DNA of 63,775 nt, filler included. It is 3 parts of 3 records of this genome, joined end to end, with 100 filler letters (N's around TTAATTAATTAA, not from the genome) between each part and the next. Parts side by side here need not be neighbours in the genome. Positions count along the whole stretch, not along the records: positions 1 to 29,332 come from SRR20825006_2371; 2 more parts are not named here. The stretch is one strand, 5' to 3'. A model generated the notes under the pieces. The model worked only from the letters and a program-made list of their open reading frames with translations. It made no database searches and was not told where the DNA came from. How positions within the stretch are numbered: the stretch's first letter is position 1; every line of letters begins with the position of its first letter. Positions 8,294 to 17,900 of the stretch are shown piece by piece. The translations under genes and the position numbers were made by a program.

Positions 8294-10042
8294 ATGACTC
8301 AATCACCTGCGCTCGAACCGATCCTGGCCTTGCGACAGGCTGGCTCTTACACGGTGCCTCGCAGTCAGGCCCCCGTCGACCTGCGCCTCGATGGCAACGA
8401 AGGCGCCTGGCCGCCAGAGCGCGTCATGGCCGCGGCGCGAAACCTCGAAGCGGCCACAGTCCGCAACTACCCGAGCCCTCGCGCGCTCGAGCGCGCGCTC
8501 GCAGACCGTTACGAGGTCGACATCTCGCGCGTGCTCGCCACTGCGGGCGCCGATGATGCGCTCGACCGCACATGCCGCGCGATGCTCGAGCCGGGGCGGG
8601 AAACCATCGTCATCGATCCGACCTTCGAGATGATCCCGCGCTACGCTCAGATCGCGCAGGCGACCATCACGCGCGTCCCCTGGCCAGACAACACCTCCTT
8701 CCCCGTCGACGAGGTCGTCGCAAAGATCAGCGAGACCACGCGCCATATCGCGCTCGTCTCACCGAACAATCCCACCGGCGAGGTGATCTCGGGCGATGCG
8801 CTCGAGCGCATCGCCAGGGCGGCACCACATGCTCTGATCGTTCTCGATCACGCCTACGTCGAGTTCGCCAGCGAACATGACCTGACCACGCTCGCGCTCA
8901 CGCTGCCGAACGTCGTCGTCGTGCGCACGATGAGCAAGGCGTGGGGAATGGCGGGGCTGCGTGTAGGTTACGTCCTCGGACAACCTCGCGTCATAGACTG
9001 GTTGCGGGCTGTCGGCAACCCCTACGCCGTCTCTGGCCCGAGCGCCGCGCTCGCCATCGCCAGATTGACTTCGCCAGAAGATGACGTCCTCGACTTTATC
9101 ACTCAGGTGCGTGAAGAGCGCGGCGTGCTCTCCGATGCGCTCGAGCGCATCGGCGCGACCCCTACCGATAGCCACGCGAACTTTGTCTTCGCCAGACACG
9201 ATGACCCCGTCTTCATCCGTGACCTGATGGCGTCTCAAGGGATCGCCGTGCGCGCCTGGCCCGGCGCAGCGGGCAGAGAGGACGCGCTAAGGATAAGCTG
9301 CCCTGGCGACGCAGACCTCACGACGAGGGTGATTCGCGCGCTCGAGACCCTCTCACCGCAGGCGCTCCTGCTCGATATGGATGGCGTGATGGTGGATGTT
9401 CACGCGTCCTATCGCGCAGCGATCACGAAGACCTGCGAGAAGTTCGGCGTGGCCCTCGGCGCGGATGAAATCGCTCAGGCAAAGCGCGCTGGGAACGCCA
9501 ACAATGACTGGGTGCTGACGCGAAACTTGCTCGCGAACCATGGCGTCGAAAAATCACTGACAGAGGTCACACAGGTCTTCGAAGAGCTCTACCAGGGGAC
9601 CGAGGACACGCCTGGTCTGAAGCTTCGCGAGGTCGCCATGATCGATCGCGAGCAGCTCGAATCACTGCAAGCCAAATACAAGCTCGCCGTCGTCACCGGG
9701 CGCCCTCGCAATGACGCGCTCGACTTCCTCGAGCGCGAAGGACTGCAAGACCTCTTCGACGTGCTCGTCTGCATGGAAGACGCGCCCGCGAAGCCCTCGC
9801 CGAAACCGATCGAGATCGCCTGCGCCAGACTTGGCGTCGAGCGCGCCTGGATGATCGGTGATACGCCTGATGACATGAGGGCGGCGCGCGCGGCCACATC
9901 CGATGGTGAGGTCGCCTGCGCTTGCTTTGGCATGTTGCCCCCCTCGACCTCGGACAGTGATAAAGCCAGCGAAGCTCTGCTTCATTCTGGCGCAGGCCGC
10001 ATCTTTTCTAGCTGGGATGACCTTTTGGAGAAGCTCCTATGA
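8294..10042 (+). CDS. hisC: Histidinol-phosphate aminotransferase fused to a HAD phosphatase (probable histidinol-phosphatase)
   Basis: N-terminal NEG, SPNNPTG, DHAYVEF, RTMSKAWGMAGLRVGY; C-terminal DMDGVMVD, NNDW, VTGRP, KPSP, IGDTPDD. Confidence 0.9.
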   Translation: MTQSPALEPILALRQAGSYTVPRSQAPVDLRLDGNEGAWPPERVMAAARNLEAATVRNYPSPRALERALADRYEVDISRVLATAGADDALDRTCRAMLEPGRETIVIDPTFEMIPRYAQIAQATITRVPWPDNTSFPVDEVVAKISETTRHIALVSPNNPTGEVISGDALERIARAAPHALIVLDHAYVEFASEHDLTTLALTLPNVVVVRTMSKAWGMAGLRVGYVLGQPRVIDWLRAVGNPYAVSGPSAALAIARLTSPEDDVLDFITQVREERGVLSDALERIGATPTDSHANFVFARHDDPVFIRDLMASQGIAVRAWPGAAGREDALRISCPGDADLTTRVIRALETLSPQALLLDMDGVMVDVHASYRAAITKTCEKFGVALGADEIAQAKRAGNANNDWVLTRNLLANHGVEKSLTEVTQVFEELYQGTEDTPGLKLREVAMIDREQLESLQAKYKLAVVTGRPRNDALDFLEREGLQDLFDVLVCMEDAPAKPSPKPIEIACARLGVERAWMIGDTPDDMRAARAATSDGEVACACFGMLPPSTSDSDKASEALLHSGAGRIFSSWDDLLEKLL

Positions 10043-10626
10043 GCCAACGCAGCGCGACCATCGCACGCAAAACCCGCGAGACCGACATCCGCGTGATCCT
10101 CGATCTGGACGGGAGCGGGACCTCCAAGATCTCGACCGGGCTCGGCTTCCTCGATCATATGCTCGAGGCGCTCGCCAAGCATGGTCGGCTCGACCTCGAG
10201 CTGACCTGTCAGGGAGATCTGCACATCGATGATCACCACACGGTAGAAGATTGCGCGCTGGCGCTCGGGCAGGCGCTCGATCAGGCGCTGGGCGATCGAT
10301 CTGGAATCACGCGCTTCGCGCATGCCTACGCCCCGCTCGACGAGGCGCTCGCCAGGGTGGTCATCGACCTCTCGGGGAGGCCCTGGCCAGAGGTTCATAT
10401 CGGCTTTGTCCGCGAGAAGATCGGGAACGTGGCCACAGAGAACCTCACGCACTTCTTCGAATCACTCGCCATCACCGCGCGCTGCGCGCTGCATGTCGAC
10501 GTGCTGCGCGGAAAGAACGACCACCACCGCGCGGAAGCAGCCTTCAAGGCGCTCGCGCTGGCGCTGCGGCAGGCGGTCGCTCGAGACGCGAGCGCGGGCA
10601 TCCCGAGCACCAAGGGGGTGCTGTGA
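10039..10626 (+). CDS. hisB: Imidazoleglycerol-phosphate dehydratase (monofunctional)
   Basis: RKTRETDI, FLDHML, GDLHIDDHHTVED, NDHHRAEAAFKA, IPSTKGVL; ATGA overlap with the upstream gene. Confidence 0.96.
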   Translation: MSQRSATIARKTRETDIRVILDLDGSGTSKISTGLGFLDHMLEALAKHGRLDLELTCQGDLHIDDHHTVEDCALALGQALDQALGDRSGITRFAHAYAPLDEALARVVIDLSGRPWPEVHIGFVREKIGNVATENLTHFFESLAITARCALHVDVLRGKNDHHRAEAAFKALALALRQAVARDASAGIPSTKGVL

Positions 10627-11255
10627 ACAAGACACCTGAACAGGTCGTGATCATCCGCACGGGCGTGGCCAACATCGCCTCGATGCTCGCTGCCTTCGAG
10701 CGCCTCGATGTCACCCCGCTGTTGACCGAGGATCGCGAAATCATCGCCGACGCGGATCATCTGGTCCTCCCTGGCGTGGGCGCATTCGGCGCGGGGATGA
10801 AGCGGCTCGAAGAGTTGAATCTCGTCGACATTTTGCGCGAGCGATTGATTTCTGGCGAGCGCGCAACCTTTTGCGTCTGCCTCGGGTTACAGCTGCTCTG
10901 TCAGGGGAGCGAGGAGAGCCCTGGCGTCGAAGGGCTGGGCGTGATCGAGGATCACGCGCGCAGGTTCTCCGATGATCTTCGCGTCCCGCAGCTCGGTTGG
11001 AATCAGGTCGTCCCGGCTGATGCCGACGCCAACACTTTCCTGACCGAAGAAGGTTACGCTTATTACGCCAACTCCTACCGCCTCGAGTCGATCCCGGAAG
11101 GTTGGAGAGGCGCGCGCTCGACCTATGGAGCCCCCTTTGTCGCCGCGATCGAGCGAGGCAACACGCTCGCGTGCCAGTTCCACCCGGAGCTCTCGAGCGC
11201 TTGGGGTCAGGCGCTGATGCGTCGGTGGCTTGTTGGCAACCCGGCTCGAGGCTAA
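10623..11255 (+). CDS. hisH: Imidazole glycerol phosphate synthase, glutaminase subunit
   Basis: GTG start overlapping the hisB stop; LPGVGAF, VCLGLQLL, VPQLGWN, QFHPELS. Confidence 0.93.
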   Translation: MNKTPEQVVIIRTGVANIASMLAAFERLDVTPLLTEDREIIADADHLVLPGVGAFGAGMKRLEELNLVDILRERLISGERATFCVCLGLQLLCQGSEESPGVEGLGVIEDHARRFSDDLRVPQLGWNQVVPADADANTFLTEEGYAYYANSYRLESIPEGWRGARSTYGAPFVAAIERGNTLACQFHPELSSAWGQALMRRWLVGNPARG

Positions 11256-11266
11256 AGGAGAAGACG

Positions 11267-12031
11267 ATGCTCACCACACGAATCATCCCCTGCCTCGACG
11301 TCAAGGACGGCCGCGTGGTCAAGGGGGTCAAGTTTCAGGGATTGCGCGACGCGGGCGCTCCCGCAGAGCTCGCGCACGCCTACGAGACGCAAGGCGCGGA
11401 CGAGATCATCCTGCTCGACGTGAGCGCCACCCATGAAGGTCGCGCGCACCAGATCGATACGGTCAGGCGCGTGCGCGAGAAGCTCTCGATCCCACTGACC
11501 ATCGGCGGAGGCGTGCGCCAACCGGAGGATGCGGGGAGGTTGCTCGACGCTGGCGCGGACAAGGTCTCCGTGAACTCGGCGGCGGTGCGCGACCCGGAGC
11601 TTTTATCGAGGATGGCCGAGCGCTTCGGCTCTCAATGCACCGTCATCTCCATCGATGGCGCGCGCGTCGGCGACCACTGGGAAGTCGTCGTGCGCGGTGG
11701 CCGCGAGAAGACCGGCATGGACGCCATCGAATGGGTCAAGCGCGCTGTATCACTGGGCGCTGGGGAGGTGCTCCTGACAAGCTGGGACAGAGATGGCACT
11801 CGCTCGGGCTACGACCTCGACTTCTTGCAGGCGGTCAGCGAGGCCGTCCGCGTCCCCGTGATCGCCAGCGGCGGCGCCAACACGCCCGAGCATATGGTCG
11901 AAGCCGTCGAAGCGGGGGCTGACGCCGTGCTGGCGGCGTCTATCTTTCACGACGGAGACTGGACCGTCGACGCCCTCAAGGAAGTATTGGCTGACAGGGG
12001 GCTGTGCATCCGCTCCGTTGCCAAAGGATAA
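11267..12031 (+). CDS. hisF: Imidazole glycerol phosphate synthase, cyclase subunit
   Basis: AAGGAG RBS; RIIPCLDVKDGRVVKG, GADKVSVNSAA, LLTSWDRDGT, VIASGGA, LAASIFH. Confidence 0.96.
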   Translation: MLTTRIIPCLDVKDGRVVKGVKFQGLRDAGAPAELAHAYETQGADEIILLDVSATHEGRAHQIDTVRRVREKLSIPLTIGGGVRQPEDAGRLLDAGADKVSVNSAAVRDPELLSRMAERFGSQCTVISIDGARVGDHWEVVVRGGREKTGMDAIEWVKRAVSLGAGEVLLTSWDRDGTRSGYDLDFLQAVSEAVRVPVIASGGANTPEHMVEAVEAGADAVLAASIFHDGDWTVDALKEVLADRGLCIRSVAKG

Positions 12032-12037
12032 GAACCC

Positions 12038-13300
12038 ATGATCATTCCATCGATTGACCTGCAGGGAGGACAGACCGTCCAACTTGTCGGAGGAGAAGAC
12101 CTCGAGATCGAGGCTGGCGATCCGCTCCCGATCGCTCGAAAATTCAGGCTCGCTGGCGAGATCGCCGTGATCGACCTCGACGCCGCGCGCGGCGAGGGAG
12201 ACAACCGTGAGCTGATCGACCGCGTGCTCGAGGAGGCAGACTGCCGCGTGGGTGGAGGCATCCGCAGCGTGGACACCGCGCTGCGCTGGCTCGATCGAGG
12301 CGCGTCCAAGGTCATCCTCGGCACCGCCGCGAGACCCGAGATCCTCGAGAAGCTCCCGCCCGAGCGCGTGATCGCCGCGTTGGATGCACGTCATGGCGAG
12401 GTCGTCGTCAAGGGATGGCGCGAGGGCACGGGCGAATCGATCCTCGAGAGGATGAAGCAGCTCGAGGGGTTGGTCGGAGGTTATCTGATCACATTCGTCG
12501 AGCGCGAAGGAAGGATGGGCGGCACCAACCTCGAGCAAGTCGAGGAGCTCGTCGAAGCCGCGGGTTCAGCCCGCGTGACCATCGCAGGCGGCGTCACCAC
12601 CGCCGAAGAGATCGCAGAGCTCGACAGGCTCGGCGCCGACGCGCAGGTCGGCATGGCGCTCTACTCTGGAAAACTCCACCTCGGCGACGCGATCGGAGCG
12701 CCGCTGACAAGCGATCGCCCCGACGGGCTCTTTCCCACCGTCGTCACCGACGAACATGGCGTCGCGCTCGGGCTAGCATACTCGAACATGGAGAGCCTTC
12801 GGGCTGCCGTGGACGCGAGCCAGGGCGTCTACCACTCTCGAAAACGAGGCTTGTGGCACAAGGGCGCCACGAGCGGCGCGACGCAGGAGCTGCTCGCCAT
12901 CGATCTGGACTGTGACCGCGACACGCTCCGCTTCAGGGTCTCGCAAAAAGCGCCCGGCTTTTGCCACGAAGACACCCACACCTGCTGGGGCAATGATGGC
13001 GGCATCACCGCGCTCGCCCGCACGATTCAACGCCGTCTAAAGGACGCTCCGCAAGGATCGTATACGCGCAGGCTCTTCGATGACCCCGAGCTGTTGCGTT
13101 CCAAGCTCTTTGAAGAGGCGCGCGAATTGATCGAGGCCGACGACCCTTCGGAGGCTGCCTGGGAAACAGCCGACGTCATTTACTTCGCGCTCGCCGCGCT
13201 CGCCGCACGCGGTGGCTCGCTTTACGAGGTCGAGCGAGAGCTCGATCGTCGTACTCGCCGCGTCAGGCGCAGGCCAGGGAACGCGAAACCTGACTCCTGA
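12038..13300 (+). CDS. hisA/hisIE: Trifunctional HisA-HisI-HisE fusion (ProFAR isomerase, PR-AMP cyclohydrolase, PR-ATP pyrophosphatase)
   Basis: IIPSIDL, IDLDAA, VGGGIR (HisA); HSRKRGLWHKGATSG, DCDRDT, FCH..TCW (HisI); SYTRRLF, KLFEEA, ETADVIY (HisE), all in one 420-aa frame. Confidence 0.9.
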   Translation: MIIPSIDLQGGQTVQLVGGEDLEIEAGDPLPIARKFRLAGEIAVIDLDAARGEGDNRELIDRVLEEADCRVGGGIRSVDTALRWLDRGASKVILGTAARPEILEKLPPERVIAALDARHGEVVVKGWREGTGESILERMKQLEGLVGGYLITFVEREGRMGGTNLEQVEELVEAAGSARVTIAGGVTTAEEIAELDRLGADAQVGMALYSGKLHLGDAIGAPLTSDRPDGLFPTVVTDEHGVALGLAYSNMESLRAAVDASQGVYHSRKRGLWHKGATSGATQELLAIDLDCDRDTLRFRVSQKAPGFCHEDTHTCWGNDGGITALARTIQRRLKDAPQGSYTRRLFDDPELLRSKLFEEARELIEADDPSEAAWETADVIYFALAALAARGGSLYEVERELDRRTRRVRRRPGNAKPDS

Positions 13301-13376
13301 CACCTCCACCCACGACCTCAAGCAAAACCGCAAAAACCACGCTCGCTGTACCGAGCCATCGCAAGGGACCCGATTC

Positions 13377-14663
13377 ATGTCCAAGAAGCCACTCCTCGAG
13401 ATCATCACCACGCGAGACCTCCCCTCGCTGCGCCGAAACCCCGTAGACGCCAAGACGCTCGCGGACGCCGCAGCCATCGTCGAGCGCGTTCGTGAGGAGG
13501 GCGACGCTGGCCTGCGCGCGCTCGCTGAACAGTACGGCGATATCGAGGCAGGCGCGCCGATGATCCTCGACAGAGCCGCATTGCAAGAGGCGCTCAAGCG
13601 TATCGCTAGCGAGGATCGCGAGATGCTCGAGCGCACGGCGGCGAGGATTCGCGAGTTCGCCAACGCGCAGCGCGCGAGCCTGACGGATATGACGATGCAG
13701 ATCCCAGGTGGCGAAGCTGGGCACAGCGTGGCGCCGGTCGATGTGGCGGGCTGTTACGCTCCTGGTGGGAGGTTCCCGCTCCCCTCGAGCGTCCTGATGA
13801 CCGCGATCACGGCGCGCGCGGCGGGTTGCCCTGATGTGTTTCTGGCGAGCCCCAAGCCAACGGACATCACGCTCGCTGCAGCAGCGATCGCAGACGTGGA
13901 CGCGCTGCTCGTCGTGGGCGGCGCGCAGGCGATCGCGGCGATGGCCTACGGCACCGAATCCGTCCCGGCGTGCGATGCGATCGTGGGGCCAGGGAATCGC
14001 TGGGTGACGGCGGCAAAACAACTCGTCGCGGGCATCGTCCGCATCGACATGTTGGCGGGGCCGAGCGAGCTGGTCGTGTTGGCCGACGAGGAAGCAAACG
14101 CGACGACCGTGGCCGCTGATCTTTTGGCGCAAGCCGAGCACGATCCTGACGCCCTCCCCATCCTCGTCACCACGAGCCCCTCGCTCATCGAATCCGTCGA
14201 ACGAGAGCTCGCCGCACAGCTCGAAGACCTGCCGACAAAGGACACCGCCGAGGCCGCGCTCGGCAACGGCTACGCGGTCCTGGTGAGTTCGATGGGAGAA
14301 GGCGCGTCGGTGTGTAACCTGCTCGCGCCCGAGCACCTCGAGATCCTGACGCGTAACGCGAACTCGCTCTCGAGCAACCTGCGTCATTACGGTGGTTTGT
14401 TTATTGGCGAGGGCGCCGCAGAGGTCCTCGGTGATTATGGCGCGGGACCAAATCACACGCTCCCCACCGGAGGCACCGCGAGGAGTTACGCGGGGCTGTC
14501 CGTGTTCAACTTCCTCCGCGTGCGTACGTGGATGAGGGTCGACGAGCTCGAACAGGCTCAAGGTCTGGTCAAGGATGCCATCAACCTCGCAAAACACGAG
14601 GGGCTCGAGGCACACGCGCGCTCGGCCTCGAGGCGTCGCATCATCCTCCCGGATGAAACCTGA
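13377..14663 (+). CDS. hisD: Histidinol dehydrogenase
   Basis: GCYAPGG, GGAQAIAA, GPGNRWV, IDMLAGPSE, DLLAQAEH, APEHLE, GDYGAGPNHTLPT, EGLEAH. Confidence 0.96.
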   Translation: MSKKPLLEIITTRDLPSLRRNPVDAKTLADAAAIVERVREEGDAGLRALAEQYGDIEAGAPMILDRAALQEALKRIASEDREMLERTAARIREFANAQRASLTDMTMQIPGGEAGHSVAPVDVAGCYAPGGRFPLPSSVLMTAITARAAGCPDVFLASPKPTDITLAAAAIADVDALLVVGGAQAIAAMAYGTESVPACDAIVGPGNRWVTAAKQLVAGIVRIDMLAGPSELVVLADEEANATTVAADLLAQAEHDPDALPILVTTSPSLIESVERELAAQLEDLPTKDTAEAALGNGYAVLVSSMGEGASVCNLLAPEHLEILTRNANSLSSNLRHYGGLFIGEGAAEVLGDYGAGPNHTLPTGGTARSYAGLSVFNFLRVRTWMRVDELEQAQGLVKDAINLAKHEGLEAHARSASRRRIILPDET

Positions 14664-14762
14664 GCGCTGCTCTTTCGAAACCAAAACAGCAGCGATAACA
14701 TAGAGTTGGTGTATCACCTGAGAGGGACGCCTTTCGAACCACTGTCAGGAGCCAAACAAGCC

Positions 14763-16169
14763 ATGAAGATCTCTTTCTCTCGAATCGCGCTCTCACAGGT
14801 GGCGCTCGCCACGATGTTTCTGTTGACGCTCGGGTGTGGCTCGGGAGGTGGCGGAGGCGTGTTCGGTGGAGATGGAGATGGCGGATTGCTCGGCGGAGAC
14901 GGCGGGCTCTTTGGGAACGACGCGGAACCTTATGATGAACCTCAGATCACGCTAATCTCCGCGCCGAGCATCGCCCCTGATGGCACCGTCGTCGTCAAGG
15001 CACTGGTCGACGAGGAAGAGACGCCGCTGGTCAACTGGGTCGTGCGCTTCACGATGCAATGCAGCGCAGGCTCGTGCGCGGATCAGAACCACATCGAACG
15101 CGGCGAGTTTGGCGACGCGCGCGAGATCTCCTTTCGACATACGTTCGGGCCGAACGTCACGCTCGGCAAGGTCGACATCGAGGTCTCCTACCTGGTCAAA
15201 CCGAACGATGAACGCCAGGCCAGGCTCCAATACAGCTACAACGTGGCCAGGGACGCCCTGAAGAATGAGAGCGGCGCGGTGGTGATCACGTCGCCGGATG
15301 ATTTTCAGGAGCTGCCGCTCGACGGCGAAGGTCGCCTGGAAGGAGATCTTCTTATCCAGGGTGTGGTTGGCTTGAAGGATCTCTCGGGGTTGTCCTCGCT
15401 GCGACACATCGAGGGTGATCTTCTGATCCGCTCGAACCCCGACCTTACCTCGCTCATGGGGTTGGAGGGTCTTATCTCTGTGGGTGGCAGCCTGGAGGTG
15501 AGCCATAACTGGAACCTCGAAGCGCTCGGCTCCTTCGACGCGCTCGAGCTTGTCGGTGACGCCCTGGAGATTCGCGGCGTGCAGCTTGCGCGCGAGATGC
15601 CAAACCTCCCGGTGCTCGAGCAATGCGGCTCGATCCGGCTGGTCGAGACGAGCGCGATGCAGACACTCTATGGCTTCCCCGCGCTCGAACGAAGCCGAGG
15701 CTTCGATCTGATCGATAACGTCGCGCTCCAGAGGATCGATTTGCAATCGGGCAACCTCTCCTCGCTCGACTACTTCCTCGTCGAGAACAACGACGCCCTC
15801 ACGCGGCTCACCCTCCCCTCCTCGCTCGAAGCGATCGACGAGGTTCGCGTCGAGCGAAACCGCGCGCTCGAGAGCTTGCAAGGGTTCTCCAATGTCACCA
15901 CCGTCGAGCTGCTCACCATCGACTACAATCACTCGGTCCAGGATCTCTCCGGGCTCGGCCAGATCACCGAGGTCGAGTTATTGCACATCGAGCACAACCA
16001 CGAGCTCTCCACGCTCGATGGCCTCGATAACCTGGCGCAGGTCGACGACCAGCTCGTCATCAAGCGAAATCACAAACTCCCCGAGTGTGAGGCAGACGCC
16101 TTCGCCGCGCGCCTCGGCGCGCCCGAGCAGGAGATCGAAAGAAACAACAACGAGGCGACCTGCAACTGA
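14763..16169 (+). CDS. Lipoprotein with Gly/Asp linker, beta-rich N-domain and receptor L-domain/LRR-like repeats
   Basis: AGGAG RBS; lipobox TLGC; repeated LxxLxGLxxLxxVxGxLxIxxN units; terminal Cys cap. Confidence 0.82.
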   Translation: MKISFSRIALSQVALATMFLLTLGCGSGGGGGVFGGDGDGGLLGGDGGLFGNDAEPYDEPQITLISAPSIAPDGTVVVKALVDEEETPLVNWVVRFTMQCSAGSCADQNHIERGEFGDAREISFRHTFGPNVTLGKVDIEVSYLVKPNDERQARLQYSYNVARDALKNESGAVVITSPDDFQELPLDGEGRLEGDLLIQGVVGLKDLSGLSSLRHIEGDLLIRSNPDLTSLMGLEGLISVGGSLEVSHNWNLEALGSFDALELVGDALEIRGVQLAREMPNLPVLEQCGSIRLVETSAMQTLYGFPALERSRGFDLIDNVALQRIDLQSGNLSSLDYFLVENNDALTRLTLPSSLEAIDEVRVERNRALESLQGFSNVTTVELLTIDYNHSVQDLSGLGQITEVELLHIEHNHELSTLDGLDNLAQVDDQLVIKRNHKLPECEADAFAARLGAPEQEIERNNNEATCN

Positions 16170-16209
16170 GCGCCTCGCCAGTGGGCAGATCGCCGAGGCT
16201 TTCTGCCGA

Positions 16210-16295
16210 GCCAAAAGAAGCCGCCGCCACATTTTGCTGAAAGGCAGGAGTCGCCTGATTCCTGGCAGCAAAATGTGGCGGCGGCTTCTTTTGGC
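16210..16295. repeat. Perfect 30-bp inverted repeat (long hairpin, REP/MITE-like)
   Basis: GCCAAAAGAAGCCGCCGCCACATTTTGCTG (16210-16239) exactly inverted at 16266-16295; inner CAGGAGTC/GATTCCTG stem. Confidence 0.9.
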
Positions 16296-16482
16296 GGGCC
16301 GGGCGCAGGTGGTTCGCGCCCGAAACACATCGCTGGACTTCTCGACCATCCGCAGCAAAGCCACACTAATATCTCGAAGCGAAACAAAAACAGACACACT
16401 TGCACTATCGAGACATCATCTATTAGACTCACCGCGTAACAAGTGATGTTTCTTCTTATCCTTGCATCGGCAGTGATTCTCC

Positions 16483-17898
16483 ATGTTCGACGTCTCGAAA
16501 CTCTGCGCTCACGCGACGCGCTCGCTCCTCTTGCTCTCCGTGCTTCTGGGGCTCTCCTCATGCGGGGGTTGCTTTGGCGGCCAGGGCGATGGCTCTGGAC
16601 TCTTGCGTGACGCGGTGCTCGGCGAGGATGAGCCCGAGAAGAGGTATAAAGCCCCGGTTTTTCGCGTCGCATACTCGGGTACGCTCGGGCAGAACGGAGA
16701 GGTCGATCTCTTCGCCGCGGTGATACGCCGAGAAGGACCGCTCGTGCGCTGGGAAGTCAACATCGAAGCCACGTGCGGCGAAGCGCGGTGCGAGGAGCAT
16801 GACGCATTCTACGAGGGGGAGTTCCCGCAAGAGAACCAGGGCTCGCTGGAGATCAGGCACAGAGTCGCCTCGCACGTTACCAAAGCCACAGCAAACCTCG
16901 ACATCTACTTCGTGGCAGACAACTCACCCGAGCCAGTGAAGGCAACCGGGATGCACGGGATGAGGTTCGAAACCCCTGAAGCGCGTTTTCAGGAGACGAT
17001 TATCCAGACGCCAGAGGAGTTGGAGATTCTCCAACTCCTGGAAGATGGAGTGTTTGAAGGCGACCTCTCGATTAAAGGCGTCTCGGGGCTCGAGGATCTG
17101 AGCGCGCTCTCGGAGCTTCGGGAGGTTCGTGGTTCATTGAGCATCTATGGCAACCCCGATCTCGTATCATTGAAAGGGTTGGAACGACTCGAGCGCGTCA
17201 CAGAGAATGTCTGGTTATCAAACAACTGGAACCTCAGAGAACAGATCGCGTTCCCCAGCCTTCGTGAAGCAGGCGGAGTGACATTTCTGGGAATCAATGC
17301 CTACGGGGAAGAGGACCTGCGACCGATGCCTGCGCTCCAGAAAGCGGACAGCATCCAGTTCCTCCAGCTCATGGGAACCAAGCGTTACGAGGGGTTCGAC
17401 TCCCTGGAATCCCTCGGAGAGCTGAACATCGTGAGAACAGCCACGCTCGAACACGTCTCGCTGGGTGAACACCATAACTTCACGCGCATCGAGCGCGTGC
17501 TCCTCGAGAGAAACCACAACCTCGACACACTCTCCCTCCCGCCCGACCTGCGATCAGTCGACAGTATCATCGCCAAAGACAACCACTCGCCCCCTCCGCT
17601 CGAGGGGTTCGCAGGCGTGGAGTGGGTGCAAATGCTCGACCTCTATAACAACCACGGGCTCGAAAACCTGAAGGGGTTCTCTCGCGTGAAGCAGCTCGAC
17701 TACCTCGATATCTTTGGCAACGACGACCTCACATCGCTCGAAGGCCTGGACAACCTCGAGCTGGTCACATCACACTTCGAGATCGGCGCCAATGAAAAGC
17801 TCTCGCACTGCGAGGTGGTCGAGCTCGAGCTCCGCACGCGTGGCGACGAGGCCACCGACTGGGCGAAAGGGAGCAACTGCCCGGCCAACAACAGATAG
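16483..17898 (+). CDS. Lipoprotein with receptor L-domain/LRR-like repeats, paralog of 14763..16169
   Basis: Lipobox LSSC; shared EGDLxIxGVxGLxDLSxLSxLR, NPDL, NWNL and NxKLxxCE motifs. Confidence 0.82.
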   Translation: MFDVSKLCAHATRSLLLLSVLLGLSSCGGCFGGQGDGSGLLRDAVLGEDEPEKRYKAPVFRVAYSGTLGQNGEVDLFAAVIRREGPLVRWEVNIEATCGEARCEEHDAFYEGEFPQENQGSLEIRHRVASHVTKATANLDIYFVADNSPEPVKATGMHGMRFETPEARFQETIIQTPEELEILQLLEDGVFEGDLSIKGVSGLEDLSALSELREVRGSLSIYGNPDLVSLKGLERLERVTENVWLSNNWNLREQIAFPSLREAGGVTFLGINAYGEEDLRPMPALQKADSIQFLQLMGTKRYEGFDSLESLGELNIVRTATLEHVSLGEHHNFTRIERVLLERNHNLDTLSLPPDLRSVDSIIAKDNHSPPPLEGFAGVEWVQMLDLYNNHGLENLKGFSRVKQLDYLDIFGNDDLTSLEGLDNLELVTSHFEIGANEKLSHCEVVELELRTRGDEATDWAKGSNCPANNR

Positions 17899-17900
17899 CT

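Noticed and set aside
13212..13376. hisD frame stays open into hisE, suggesting a programmed frameshift to a HisA-IE-D polyprotein
   Set aside because: No slippery site seen, the extension looks non-coding, and open frames of this length are common at this GC; ribosome profiling would be needed
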